From an uncultured Actinomycetes bacterium (lineage in GTDB: Bacteria > Actinomycetota > Thermoleophilia > UBA2241), in contig CAVRZA010000002.1 of NCBI GenBank assembly GCA_963725665.1, positions 512,001-576,000 of the forward strand: 64,000 nt of DNA. The letters are read 5' to 3'. The notes under the pieces are model-generated. The model searched no databases. It was given only the letters and a program-made list of their open reading frames with translations, and had not been told where the DNA came from. The position numbers and the translations under genes are program-made. Each line of letters begins with the position of its first letter. The stretch's first letter is position 1. Below, one piece after another: positions 19,535-29,322 of the stretch.

Positions 19535-19777
19535 GTGTGTCTCGCGGTCCCCATGCGCATCGTCTCGATCGACGACGGCACGGCCACGATCGAATCCGGC
19601 GGGCTCACGCAGCGCGCCAGCCTGATGCTCGTGCCGGAGGCCGTCGTCGGCGACTTCGTGCTCGTGCACGCCGGCTATCGCCATCACCGTGCTCGACGCC
19701 GACGAGGCGGCCGAACGCGAGCGGCTCTTCGCCGAGCTCCTCGAGGCAGAAGACGAGCTGGGCTCGGAGCCGCGTGA
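19535..19777 (+). CDS. hypC: Hydrogenase chaperone HypC (compensating indels ~19679 and ~19770)
   Basis: MCLAVP, VGDFVLVHAGY; AITVLDADEAAE continues in the shifted frame. Confidence 0.88.
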   Translation: MCLAVPMRIVSIDDGTATIESGGLTQRASLMLVPEAVVGDFVLVHAGYRHHRARRRRGGRTRAALRRAPRGRRRAGLGAA

Positions 19778-20931
19778 GCGACCCGGGCGCAGTCCCGGCG
19801 GGCCGGGGTCGCCGGCGAGCGATCGCGAGCGCGGTCCCGGCCGGGACCGGCGCGAGCGAGCGCGTCTCGGCGCTCGCGCGGGCGCTGTCTGCCGCGGCGG
19901 CCGAGCGTGGGCCGGCCACCTACATGGAGGTCTGCGGCACGCACACCATGGCCATCTCGCGCTTCGGCCTGCGCGAGTTGCTCCCGGAGTCGATCCGCCT
20001 CGTGTCGGGGCCCGGTTGTCCCGTCTGTGTGACGGCGACGGGGGATCTCGATGTGGCCGTCGCGCTGGCGCGCCTGCCGCAGGTCACGCTGGTCACCTTC
20101 GGCGACCTCGTGCGCGTGCCGGCCTCGAGGTCGACGCTCGCCGACGAGCGCGCCGCCGGAGCTGACGTGCGCGTGGTCTACTCGGCCGCCGACGCGGTCG
20201 AGCTCGCTGCGCGACTGCCCCGGCGCGAGGTCGTCTTCGTCGGCATCGGCTTCGAGACGACGGCGCCCACCGTCGCGGCGGCCGTCATCTCGGCTCGCGA
20301 TCGTGGGCTGGCGAACTTCTCGCTCCTGAGCCTGCACAAGACCATGCCCGGGGCGCTGCGCGCCTTGCTCGACGCCGAGGAGGTCGCCATCGAGGGCTTC
20401 CTTCTGCCCGGCCACGTGAGCGTGATCACGGGTAGCGAGTGCTACCGCTTCGTGGCCGAGGAGTACGGCGTGGGAGGCGTGGTCGCGGGCTTCGAGGCCG
20501 ATGACGTGCTCGAGGCGCTGGTCATGCTGGCGCGTCAGCGCACGCCGGCGATCGAGATCGGCTATCGTCGCGCCGTGCATCCAGAGGGCAACCTCGTGGC
20601 GCAAGCGCTCATGGCGGAGGTGTTCGAGCCGTGCGACGCCGCGTGGCGCGGGCTGGGAACGATCACTGGGTCAGGTCTCAGGCTGGCGCCGGCGTTCCGC
20701 TCGTATGCCGTCGAGGAGCGCCTGCCGGTCGAGGCCGGCGAGACGATCGAGCCGGCGGGGTGCGCCTGCGGCTCCGTGCTGCGCGGAGCTCTGGATCCGA
20801 TCGACTGCCCCCTGTTCGCGGGCCGCTGCACCCCGGTCTCGCCCGTGGGTCCGTGCATGGTGTCGAGCGAGGGCTCGTGTGCGGCGCGCTACCGGTATCG
20901 TGGTGTCGAGGGAAACGAGGCCGGACGGTGA
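19774..20931 (+). CDS. hypD: Hydrogenase maturation protein HypD
   Basis: MEVCGTHT, GPGCPVC, GFETT, PGHVS, GPCMVSSEGSC. Confidence 0.95.
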   Translation: MSDPGAVPAGRGRRRAIASAVPAGTGASERVSALARALSAAAAERGPATYMEVCGTHTMAISRFGLRELLPESIRLVSGPGCPVCVTATGDLDVAVALARLPQVTLVTFGDLVRVPASRSTLADERAAGADVRVVYSAADAVELAARLPRREVVFVGIGFETTAPTVAAAVISARDRGLANFSLLSLHKTMPGALRALLDAEEVAIEGFLLPGHVSVITGSECYRFVAEEYGVGGVVAGFEADDVLEALVMLARQRTPAIEIGYRRAVHPEGNLVAQALMAEVFEPCDAAWRGLGTITGSGLRLAPAFRSYAVEERLPVEAGETIEPAGCACGSVLRGALDPIDCPLFAGRCTPVSPVGPCMVSSEGSCAARYRYRGVEGNEAGR

Positions 20932-21974
20932 GCGAGCGTCGCGTCGCTGTTGGCGCGGGCGAGACCGTGAGCGGTCGCATCCTACTCAGTCATGGGAGCG
21001 GCGGCAGGCTGTACCGCGACCTGGTGCGCGACGTCTTCGTGGCGGCCTTCGCCAACCCGGTGCTCGATCGGCTCGACGACGCGGCCGTCCTCGCGACGGG
21101 CGGCCGCGTCGCCTTCACCACCGACGCCCACGTGGTCAGGCCACTGCGCTTTCCCGGCGGCGACATCGGTCGTCTCGCCGTGGCGGGCACCGTCAACGAC
21201 CTCGCCACCGCCGGCGCCCGCCCCCTCGCCCTGAGCGCCGCCTTCGTGATCGAGGAAGGGTTCGAGCTCGTCGATCTTGAGGCGGTCTGCGCCAGCATGG
21301 CGGCCACCGCCAGGGAGGCCGACGTGGCGATCGTCACCGGGGACACCAAGGTCGTCGAGCGGGGAGCGGCCGACGGCCTGTTCATCACCACGACCGGCAT
21401 AGGCGAGATCGTCGTCGAGCATGAGATCACGGCCGGCGCCGTGCGCGACGGCGACGTCGTCCTGTTGAGCGGCACCGTCGGCGATCACGCGCTGGCGGTC
21501 GTCGCTGCGCGCGACGAGTTCCATTTCACGGCCCCGATCGAGAGCGACTGCGCACCGCTCTGGGGGCTCGTGGCCGCCGCCTTGGAGGCCGGCGGGGAGG
21601 AGGTGCGCTTCGTGCGCGACCCTACGCGGGGTGGCCTGGCCGCGCTGCTCGCGGAGCTTGCCGAGACGGCCGGCGTCGGTGTCGACGTCGAGGAGGAGGC
21701 GATACCGGTCAGCGCGCCGGTGCGCTCGGCGTGCGCTCTGCTCGGCTACGACCCGCTCACGCTGGCCAACGAGGGGAAGATGGTGTTCGTCGTGGGGCCG
21801 CGGCGCGGCGAGGCGGTGCTGGGTGCGCTGCGCGGGCGCCCGGAGGGCGCCCGCGCAGCGCGCATCGGAGTCATCACCGCCGCGCACCCCGGGCGCGTAG
21901 CGCTGCGCACCGCCTTCGGCACCCGCAGGGTCCTCGACATGCCCGTGGGCGAGCTGCTCCCGCGCATCTGCTGA
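20928..21974 (+). CDS. hypE: Hydrogenase maturation protein HypE
   Basis: HGSGG, FPGGDIGRLAV, TGDTKVV, RDPTRGG, ANEG, terminal PRIC. Confidence 0.95.
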   Translation: MSERRVAVGAGETVSGRILLSHGSGGRLYRDLVRDVFVAAFANPVLDRLDDAAVLATGGRVAFTTDAHVVRPLRFPGGDIGRLAVAGTVNDLATAGARPLALSAAFVIEEGFELVDLEAVCASMAATAREADVAIVTGDTKVVERGAADGLFITTTGIGEIVVEHEITAGAVRDGDVVLLSGTVGDHALAVVAARDEFHFTAPIESDCAPLWGLVAAALEAGGEEVRFVRDPTRGGLAALLAELAETAGVGVDVEEEAIPVSAPVRSACALLGYDPLTLANEGKMVFVVGPRRGEAVLGALRGRPEGARAARIGVITAAHPGRVALRTAFGTRRVLDMPVGELLPRIC

Positions 21975-22027
21975 CCCACGCCGGCTGACGCCACGCCGGC
22001 TGACCCCACACGCCGGCTGACCCCCGC
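21970..22027. repeat. Short degenerate tandem repeat (gctgac..cacgccg) x4
   Basis: gctgac at 21970, 21984, 21999, 22016. Confidence 0.7.
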
Positions 22028-22049
22028 GCATCCGTCGGCCACTCGATCC

Positions 22050-22352
22050 GTGCGTATCGCCCTCGGCTGGACACCACCGGGTAAAGCCGGGCGCGTTCTC
22101 GCCGATAACGGGTGCGTGGCCTGGGACTACACAAGTTACGCGGACTACAAGCGCGCCCTGCAGGAGCTGCGCCGGACCGGGATCGCCCCCAAGGTCGTCT
22201 TGCCGTTCGCGGCACAGCCGGGCGATTCGGTCGTGATCGACGACAAGGAGTACGTTCTTCTCGCCGCGGTCACCGACGAGGGACCGGTCGCGGGGCCGAT
22301 CGAGCCCGAGGAGAGCGCGATCCTCGGTTACCTGGCGCGCAGAGTCAACTGA
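22050..22352 (+). CDS. Hypothetical protein
   Basis: 100-aa ORF with host-like codon usage after hypE. Confidence 0.5.
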   Translation: MRIALGWTPPGKAGRVLADNGCVAWDYTSYADYKRALQELRRTGIAPKVVLPFAAQPGDSVVIDDKEYVLLAAVTDEGPVAGPIEPEESAILGYLARRVN

Positions 22353-22389
22353 GGGAGCACACAGCGGCGCGGGCGGCGGGGGGCTGGTA

Positions 22390-23340
22390 TCAGCGCCCCG
22401 CCGCCCGCGCCTCAGCCTGTCGATAGACCATCAGCAGCTTCTCGGCGGCCACGTCGGCTCCGTGCCGCGTCGCGATCTCCCGTCCGGCGACCCTGGGGTC
22501 GCTCTGCTCGAGCAGCTCGCGTACGTGATCGGCCCAGCGCGCCGCGTCGAATGGGGCGCACAGGCACCCGTCGATCCCGGGCAGCACCTCGGCGGCGATG
22601 CCCACCGGGGTGCTCAGCACGGGCACGTCGCAGGCCAGCGCCTCGATGCAGGCGAGGCCGTAGCCCTCGCGCTCGGAGGTGACGATCACCGCGTCCGCGG
22701 CGTTGATCCACAGCGGGACCTCGTCGCGCGGCCTCCCGGTCAGCGCGCGCAGCTTCACCGGCACGGCGGCGGCGACGGCGGCGGCGCGCTCGTAGCGCTT
22801 CTCGGGCCGTGATGGGTCCGACGGGAACAGCAGAAAGCGCTCGGCCGGGTCGAGCCCGAGCCGGCGGCGGGCATCATCGCGCGGCGAGGGCTTGAAGAGT
22901 TCGACGTCGACGCCCGGCGGCACGACGGCCGTCACCGGGAAGGGACAGATGGCGGCGAGCTCGCGCGAGACGGCGACCGTGGCTGCCGCCCGGCGCGCGG
23001 CGAGGGCGGTCAGACGGCGCACGACGGGATGGTGGCAGTCGCGACCGTGCACCGTGAGGACGAGGGGCTGACGGCGAGGGAGCGCGAGGCAGACGAAGCC
23101 GCTCAGCCCGTAGTGAGCGTGAACGAGGTCGTGCGGGTGGCGGCGGCGCAGCGCCGCCGCCGCCCGCACGTACTGCCACGGGCGTCCGCGCGCGTCGAAG
23201 GCGAAGAGGTCGACGTCGACTGCCCCTGTGGCTCGAAGCGCCCGCACCTGGTCGCGCACGAAGCTGCCGAAGGCCGGTGTCTCGGGCGTCGGGTACATGT
23301 TGGTGACGATCAGGACGCGGAGGCGGCGCTTGGGATCCAT
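22390..23340 (-). CDS. Glycosyltransferase family 4 (GT-B)
   Basis: VTNMYP..GSFV, HAHYG, RPEKRY, SEREGYGLACIEALAC; probably leaderless (TAGGTT-6-ATG). Confidence 0.9.
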   Translation of the reverse strand: MDPKRRLRVLIVTNMYPTPETPAFGSFVRDQVRALRATGAVDVDLFAFDARGRPWQYVRAAAALRRRHPHDLVHAHYGLSGFVCLALPRRQPLVLTVHGRDCHHPVVRRLTALAARRAAATVAVSRELAAICPFPVTAVVPPGVDVELFKPSPRDDARRRLGLDPAERFLLFPSDPSRPEKRYERAAAVAAAVPVKLRALTGRPRDEVPLWINAADAVIVTSEREGYGLACIEALACDVPVLSTPVGIAAEVLPGIDGCLCAPFDAARWADHVRELLEQSDPRVAGREIATRHGADVAAEKLLMVYRQAEARAAGR

Positions 23341-23434
23341 GAGGGGAACCTACCGCCTCACTGTGACAGGGGCAAGGAGGCGTCTCGGCCCCGACGTGCG
23401 CGTCTGTCGAGGCCGCCGGGGGCCTCCTGCACCT

Positions 23435-23875
23435 TCAGCTCGTTAGCGTTCTCTTCCACATGCGCACGACGGTGCCTCCGCTGCCCGAGCGCACTTGGAC
23501 GTCGTCCATGAGGTGGTAGATGAGGAAGAGCCCGCGGCCGCGGGGGCACAGGGGGTCGGGAGCCCGGTCGGGTCTGATGCGCCCGGCGTCGAACCCGCGC
23601 CCGTGGTCGCGTACCTCGACATACACCCGGTGGTCGCCGCAGGACGCGGTCACCCGGATGCCACCGCTGCCGTCCCCGCTGTGGACGATGACGTTGTTGC
23701 AGGCTTCCTGGGTCGAGAGCACGATGTCGTCGGCGATCCCCTGCGGGACGGACTGGCGCGTAAGGAGCGCTCGCAGCGAGTGTCGCAAGGTGCCGACTTG
23801 GCTCTTCTCCAGCGGAAGGACTACGGTGAGGTCGGTAGCCGTCTTACCGTCCCGGTTTGCTGCATCGTGCTCCAC
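23435..23875 (-). CDS. Anti-sigma factor / RsbW-like HATPase_c_2 protein
   Basis: EACNNVIVHS, VRDHGRGF, GRGLFLIYHLMD, GTVVRM. Confidence 0.85.
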   Translation of the reverse strand: MEHDAANRDGKTATDLTVVLPLEKSQVGTLRHSLRALLTRQSVPQGIADDIVLSTQEACNNVIVHSGDGSGGIRVTASCGDHRVYVEVRDHGRGFDAGRIRPDRAPDPLCPRGRGLFLIYHLMDDVQVRSGSGGTVVRMWKRTLTS

Positions 23876-24168
23876 GCTGCGTTGCCGTCCCCCAAGCTTC
23901 TCGGTGGACCGCCCGAGCCCACCGCACTTCTCGTCCTTACTATCGGCCCATTCGACGGTGAAAAGGAGACTCCTCGCCGTTGCACGTTGACAGAGGCGGC
24001 AACGCCGTCGATGTCCAGTCTGCTTTGACGCTCACAAGGCGGCGGTGACATCGCCAGCAATCAGGGCAGCGCATCGGCGGGGGATCGGGAGGCGTACCTT
24101 GCCAGATAGTGGCGAGGCCAATTGGAGAGATCGGCGAGGGCAGCGGTGAGAACAAGACGGACTGGGGG

Positions 24169-24244
24169 TGGAGCCCACTCGCGGATTCGAACCGCGGACC
24201 CCCTCCTTACCATGGAGGTGCTCTGCCGGCTGAGCTAAGTGGGC
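24169..24244 (-). tRNA. tRNA-Thr(GGT)
   Basis: GCCCACT acceptor, AT-GGT-AA loop, GGTTCGAATCC, CCA. Confidence 0.95.
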
Positions 24245-24250
24245 GCGCTA

Positions 24251-24335
24251 TGGTGGGGGAGCTAGGATTCGAACCTAGGTAGGCTGCGCCAACGGATTTA
24301 CAGTCCGCCCCCTTTAGCCACTCGGGCACTCCCCC
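24251..24335 (-). tRNA. tRNA-Tyr(GTA)
   Basis: GGGGGAG/CTCCCCC acceptor, CT-GTA-AA loop, long variable arm, CCA. Confidence 0.95.
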
Positions 24336-24399
24336 GGAGGCGAAGGCTATGGTAGTCGAAAACCTCTCGGCCTTTCAACCAAAACGCGGCTTCGGAGGG

Positions 24400-24529
24400 A
24401 GAAAACGACGGCGGCCGCCCGGGGGCGGCCGCCGTCTCCCAAAAAGGGTGCCGCCGGAGGGGGACCGGCGGCTGGGGGGCTGTGGTGCATTCAGGTAGGG
24501 GGAACCTGAATCCTCAGCTTGTGATGACG
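24400..24529 (-). ncRNA. Candidate 6C-like small RNA (two hairpins with UCCCCCU loops plus terminator)
   Basis: Minus strand: attcaggt-TCCCCCT-acctgaat and gccgccgg-TCCCCCT-ccggcggc, then a 14-bp hairpin (24407-24436) + TTTT. Confidence 0.65.
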
Positions 24530-24534
24530 CGCAC

Positions 24535-24561
24535 ATTATAGCACAGAAGACAACGCGTCAA
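24535..24561 (-). promoter_or_regulatory. Sigma-A type promoter of the candidate sRNA
   Basis: Extended -10 TG-c-TATAAT (24543..24535); TTGACG lies 15 nt upstream of the hexamer (short spacing). Confidence 0.6.
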
Positions 24562-24754
24562 GAGGCAATCGTGCCTGACTGGCCGCGGTGGCGGTGGACA
24601 TAATGGTACGTCGAGGCGCTGTCGTCGTTGCCGCTACTCAACCTGCTGGCGAACGTCGCGCACGCTCGATCGGGGACCGCGGGCGACCTCGCGGCGTGTT
24701 TGAGGCACAGCGTTGAGGCACAGCGCCGCGCTCTGCTACACTACGCTTCCGGTC

Positions 24755-24831
24755 GGCGGCGTAGCTCAGTTGGTCAGAGCAGCGGAATCATAATCCGCGT
24801 GTCGCAGGTTCGAGTCCTGCCGCCGCTACCA
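24755..24831 (+). tRNA. tRNA with CAT anticodon (probably elongator Met)
   Basis: GGCGGCG acceptor, AT-CAT-AA loop, GGTTCGAGTCC, CCA; upstream TACACT. Confidence 0.93.
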
Positions 24832-25084
24832 GCTCTTGCAGGACTCCCTTTTCAGGCGTCGGCCCCGTGAGACGCCGCAGGTGTCCCAGTAGGTGACAAT
24901 CTCATCAGGGCGTTCATGCGTTCGGCCATGCGCTCCTTCTCATCCATCCCCCAGCGTACGCAGGTGCGCGGGGTGAAGCCGGGGAGAGCCGCGCGGCCGG
25001 ATCCGGCCCCAGAGAACGCAGACCGCCCCCTGAGCCCACAGGGCCGGCCGTGCTACTATTGGGCTAGCGAGTTGGAGGGGAGCC

Positions 25085-25357
25085 ATGGACGGCGGAATCC
25101 CGGATGATGTGCTGGACGTTATGTGGCTCGAGGTTGAGAGGAACAGCGACTCGGGGCGCCGCTTCCACACAGTGTGGGGGGCATACCGCGAGCGCCGTGA
25201 CACACCCCAGGAGCCCCTGTTCATGTCGAGGCTGAGTCAATTGTGGTTCCAGGCGAAGCCCAAGGGGACGCCAAGCTCGCTCACCCGCGCACAGCTTGAG
25301 GCGCTCGAACGATGTGAGCAGGGAGAGCCCTACGGCGAGTCTCAAGAGGGCCACTAA
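25085..25357 (+). CDS. Hypothetical protein (islet cargo)
   Basis: GGAGGGG RBS before ATG; 90 aa. Confidence 0.4.
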   Translation: MDGGIPDDVLDVMWLEVERNSDSGRRFHTVWGAYRERRDTPQEPLFMSRLSQLWFQAKPKGTPSSLTRAQLEALERCEQGEPYGESQEGH

Positions 25358-25814
25358 GGGCGGGAGCAGTAGGGGCGCGACTGTTTGCCCGAGCCTCCTC
25401 GCCAGCATAGCCGGCTCCGGTCGGGTAGAACGCGAACGGCTGGCCTGCCACTTGCCCTCCTGTTGTTCTCCTGGTCGTGTGAGACGGTTACAGCAGGCCG
25501 TATCGCAGGGGAAACAGACGAAGCACGGTACGCCCCCCCGCCGTGCTCGAATGGCCGCCGAGGTGCCATGGCTCGGTGGCCTCTCTGCGTGTGGAGGGGA
25601 GAGGGGGGCGACTGGGTACCCGAGCGTCAGCGCCAGCGTAGCCCCGCACCACTTTAGCGGCTCGCGAGCGCGTGAAGGAAGGAAGGCCGTACGGGAGCAC
25701 GGCGGTTGACGGTTCGGCCTGAGAGGACGCTGGAAGAAGCGTAGGCGGTTCGCGGTTGAGGTTGCGGGGCAATAGTGACGCCGAGGGTTGCTAGCGGCTG
25801 CCAAGGAAGGGCCG

Positions 25815-26000
25815 ATGCACGTCGCCTGGTACTACTGGATCTTGATTCTCATCCTCGCGCTGGTGTTCGCGTGGATCTGCGCAGCGATAGCCGACATCAA
25901 GAACTACAGCGGCCTGGGCTTTGGCATCCTGGGCTTCTTCTCCTTCATCATCATCTTCATCATCACATACAACGTCGTCCTCGCCCTGCCCACGAACTGA
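25815..26000 (+). CDS. Small two-helix membrane protein (islet cargo)
   Basis: AAGGAAGG RBS; hydrophobic-IADIKNYSG-hydrophobic-LP pattern. Confidence 0.55.
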   Translation: MHVAWYYWILILILALVFAWICAAIADIKNYSGLGFGILGFFSFIIIFIITYNVVLALPTN

Positions 26001-26679
26001 GGGGTCGCGGCCGGCGCGGTGAAGTCTTCTGCGAGAAGGGGCGCGCCGGCCAACCGTTGTGGCGCCGCGCCAGTGCCTGCAGGAAGCCCGCGGGAGCGCG
26101 CGGCGGTTGACGTTGGGGGGATGGAGCCACGAGGGGCGTTCGGCCGTGGCAGGACAAGAATAGGTGTCACGCTAGGTGACAATCGTTCGTCACCGCCCGT
26201 GTTTGCGCCGTCACGGCGTCGGGCGGAAATGACGAATAGCAGGTGAAAGTGACGGGGCGGAAAGCCTCTTATGGTAATCATGATCCGCGCGTCGCAGGTT
26301 CGAGTCCTGCCGCCGCCACCAGCTCTGTTTCGGCTCCTGATTGCGCTGGGAGTGAGTGCGAGCTCCGCTAGCCCCGAGGTCGGCATGCGTCTCCCCATCG
26401 GTCTGCGCGCGGGCCGTGACTGAAGGGTCGACCAGGGCGATCGTCGTCGGCATGTCCGGTGCGACCGGCCTCGCCGTCGCGCGTGCGCTTGCCCAGGCCG
26501 GCGTGGAGTGCCACGTTCCTCCTCTCGCTGGCGGCCTCCGATCTGGGCGGCGATCCGGCGTCGCTGTTCGTGCCGAAGAAGTGAGGAGCCACCCGCTGTA
26601 CGTCGCCCACGAGGTCGCGGTGACGCACCCGGGCAGCCGCCGCATCGGCGAGCCGCTCGCAGGGGTGACGTAGGCCGGG

Positions 26680-27606
26680 ATGGCGATGGCCGGTCGATCC
26701 CAAGCGGGTCTCACGAGGCGGGAGTTCGTTGTGGGGGGCGGCGTCGCGATGGGCGCCGCTCTCGGCGGCACGCTCGTCGCCCTGCGCATGTCGCCGCGCG
26801 AAGCCGTCGTCCGCGTGCTCGCCGCACTCGAGCTGGGGGGCAGCGTGCCGGCGCCCTCGGGAAGCAGGATCGTCTACGCGAAGTTCTCGTCAGGAGTCCT
26901 GCGACGGGACGTCACCTACGCGGTGGCGGTCCCGCCGGGCAGCGACATCGGGGAGCCGCTCCCGCTGGCGGTCTGTCTCCCCGGCCGCGGGGGCGACGCG
27001 CGAAGCATCTTTGGCTCCGGCATGTACTTCGCTGATTTCGTCGCCGAGGGCATCAGAGAGAGGCACCTCCCGGCCTTCGCCATGGCTGCCGTCGACGGCG
27101 GCGAGTCCTACTGGCACCGACGTGCATCGGGGGAGGACAGGATGTCGATGCTCCTGTACGAGCTCCTGCCCCTTCTACGCCGTAGGTACAGGCTCGGCGC
27201 GGGTGGTCAGAAGACCGCCATCGCGGGCTGGTCGATGGGAGGCTACGGCGCTCTGCTCGCCGCCGAGCGCCGGCCCGACATCTTTTGCGCCGTCTGCGCG
27301 GCGAGCCCGGCCATCTGGACCTCGTACGCGGCCATGATGCGCGGACCGCGCGACGCCTTCGACAGCGCGGCCGATTTCGCCGCCAACGATGTCTTCGCCG
27401 GTATACCTCGTCTGCGGCACACCGCCGTCCGTGTCGACTGCGGCACGGCCGATCCCTTCTACCCGTACGTGCGTGAGTTCGTCGCCGCTATCCCGTGGCA
27501 CGTGGCGGGTGGCTTTGCCACCGGCGGGCACAACCCGGGCTACTGGCGGCGGGTCGCGCCCAAGCAGGTGGACTTCCTGGCGCGCCGTCTCGCGGGAACC
27601 GCCTGA
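26680..27606 (+). CDS. Alpha/beta-hydrolase (putative esterase) with Tat-like signal
   Basis: TRREFV N-terminus; GWSMGG nucleophile elbow; DCGTAD; GGHNPGYW. Confidence 0.85.
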   Translation: MAMAGRSQAGLTRREFVVGGGVAMGAALGGTLVALRMSPREAVVRVLAALELGGSVPAPSGSRIVYAKFSSGVLRRDVTYAVAVPPGSDIGEPLPLAVCLPGRGGDARSIFGSGMYFADFVAEGIRERHLPAFAMAAVDGGESYWHRRASGEDRMSMLLYELLPLLRRRYRLGAGGQKTAIAGWSMGGYGALLAAERRPDIFCAVCAASPAIWTSYAAMMRGPRDAFDSAADFAANDVFAGIPRLRHTAVRVDCGTADPFYPYVREFVAAIPWHVAGGFATGGHNPGYWRRVAPKQVDFLARRLAGTA

Positions 27607-27671
27607 TCCTGTGTCAGGGACGTCCCCGTGGCGGTCGGGTCGCGCAGACCGGTGGCGCGAGGTGGGCTGGG

Positions 27672-28379
27672 CTAGCGGCTCGCCAGACCGCCGGCCGTCT
27701 CGCCGCCGTCCATGACGATGGCACTGCCCGTCATGTAGGCGGCCTCATCGGAGCAGAGGAAGGCGAAGAGGGCCGCCATCTCCTCGGGCCGCGCTTGGCG
27801 CCGCAGGGGGAGCTTCTCGATGACGGCGGTGACCATCTCGGGCGTGTACTCCGCCTCCTGCATCGGCGTGAGCACGTAGCCCGGGCAAACCGCGTTCACG
27901 CGCACCCACGGCGCCCACTCGAGAGCCATGGTGCGCGTGAGGGCGAGCACGGCCGCCTTGGTTGCGTTGTAGTCACCGTAGAAAGGGTGGCCGACGAGCG
28001 CGTTCGTCGATGAGACGTTGAGGATCACCCCGCCGCGCTCCACCATGCTGCGCGCCGCCGTCTGGGCCACGTTGAAGACGCCGGTGAGGTTGGTGGCGAT
28101 GACCTGGTCCCACTCCGCGGGCGTCGTATCGAGCAGGCGATGCCGGTAGCTGATGCCGGCGTTGTTGATGACGATGTCGACCGGGTCGATCTCGGCGAAC
28201 GCCGCCTTGACCTGGTCTAAGTCGCCGACGTCGACGCGGTACTCGCCGGGGCCGTCGCCGGCGTGCCGGGCGAACACGACGACGTCGCTGCCCTCTGCGC
28301 GGAAGCGCTCGACCGTGGCGAGGCCGATGCCGCTCGTGCCGCCGGTGACGAGCACACGCTTGTTTGCCAGGCCGAGCAC
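27672..28379 (-). CDS. Short-chain dehydrogenase/reductase
   Basis: TGGTSGIG, NNAG, YNATK, VNAVCPG; leaderless TG-a-TAGAAT-7-GTG. Confidence 0.92.
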   Translation of the reverse strand: MLGLANKRVLVTGGTSGIGLATVERFRAEGSDVVVFARHAGDGPGEYRVDVGDLDQVKAAFAEIDPVDIVINNAGISYRHRLLDTTPAEWDQVIATNLTGVFNVAQTAARSMVERGGVILNVSSTNALVGHPFYGDYNATKAAVLALTRTMALEWAPWVRVNAVCPGYVLTPMQEAEYTPEMVTAVIEKLPLRRQARPEEMAALFAFLCSDEAAYMTGSAIVMDGGETAGGLASR

Positions 28380-28560
28380 GTGGGCGATTCTATCAGGGCC
28401 GGTGAGGCTCGACGGCGATGACGATCGGGTCCGGCCCCGGCCCTGGGCGAATCGAGGAGGCTTTGTGCGCGGGGACGATGCGAGTGCGGCAGGCGGCGCG
28501 GAGCCGAGGGTCGCGGGGGCGGCGTCTGCGCGCGGGGCGGCCCCACGGGGGGAGGACGTC

Positions 28561-29031
28561 GTGCGCGTAGGCGTTATCTCCGACACGCACGGGCAGCTCA
28601 GCGACGAGGTTCCTGGGCTCTTCGCGGGAGTCGACCGCATCGTGCACGCCGGCGACGTCGGCGACGAGCGCGTGCTTCAGAGGCTCGCGCTCGTCGCCCC
28701 CGTCACCGCCGTGCACGGCAACATGGACGCCGGCCTGCCCGCGGCCGACCTGCCCCTGGAGGCCGTGCTCGACGTGGGGCGCGTGCGCCTCCTCGTGGGT
28801 CACGTAAAGGAAGCGCTGTTACGCCGACACGACCCCTCGGGGGAGGGGATCGCGGTCGTCGTGACGGGGCACACACACCGCGCCCAGGTGGCAAACGAAG
28901 GTGGCGTCCTCTATCTGAACCCGGGGACGGCGAACCGTACCCGAGGCTTCGGACGGCCGGCGAGCGTGGCTCTCCTTGACATCGACGGCAGGGGGATCAG
29001 AGCGGAGATCGTGACGCTGAAGCGGTCCTGA
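28561..29031 (+). CDS. YfcE-family metallophosphoesterase
   Basis: ISDTHG, HAGD, HGNMD, GHTH, NPGT. Confidence 0.9.
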   Translation: MRVGVISDTHGQLSDEVPGLFAGVDRIVHAGDVGDERVLQRLALVAPVTAVHGNMDAGLPAADLPLEAVLDVGRVRLLVGHVKEALLRRHDPSGEGIAVVVTGHTHRAQVANEGGVLYLNPGTANRTRGFGRPASVALLDIDGRGIRAEIVTLKRS

Positions 29032-29037
29032 GGGAAA

Positions 29038-29114
<77 letters not shown>

Positions 29115-29322
29115 ACGCGGAGTCGTAGCGTACCCGAAAAGGGCTGCGGATGGTACAGACACCCGGGTGTTGTCAGGTCTGAATACAGTAGTCACGGGGC
29201 GGCTCGGCGGCAAACGGAGCTCCTCCTTGATTCGGCGCAACGCGCGGGGAGATACTGCGAGGATGGTAGGAGCGGCTCGGCCGCACGCCGGGACGCACGA
29301 GCCAAGGGAGAAGGGGGAGCCA

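Larger units (their letters stand above)
24786..26326. mobile_element. ~1.5-kb integrase-less islet at tRNA(CAT), bounded by a 51-bp direct repeat
   Basis: 24786..24836 vs 26276..26326 match at 48/51; internal 22-bp direct repeats at 24879-24900 and 26162-26183. Confidence 0.8.

Noticed and set aside
19529-19537. Other in-frame TAG junctions (hypF-hypC, hydG-TM1266 at 35328, trkA-trkA at 62877)
   Set aside because: About a third of TAG-ended junctions are in frame, as expected by chance; HypC needs a free N-terminal Cys
21970-22027. Repeat after hypE as a regulatory array
   Set aside because: Short, irregular slippage-type repeat seeded on the stop-codon region; no supporting context
24485-24515. 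GGTAGGGGGAAC/CTGAATCC on the plus strand resembling a c-di-AMP (ydaO) riboswitch
   Set aside because: Elements are in the wrong order and there is no downstream gene; promoter and terminator point to the minus strand
26276-26326. Second tRNA-Met gene
   Set aside because: Only the 3' half is present; it is an att duplication
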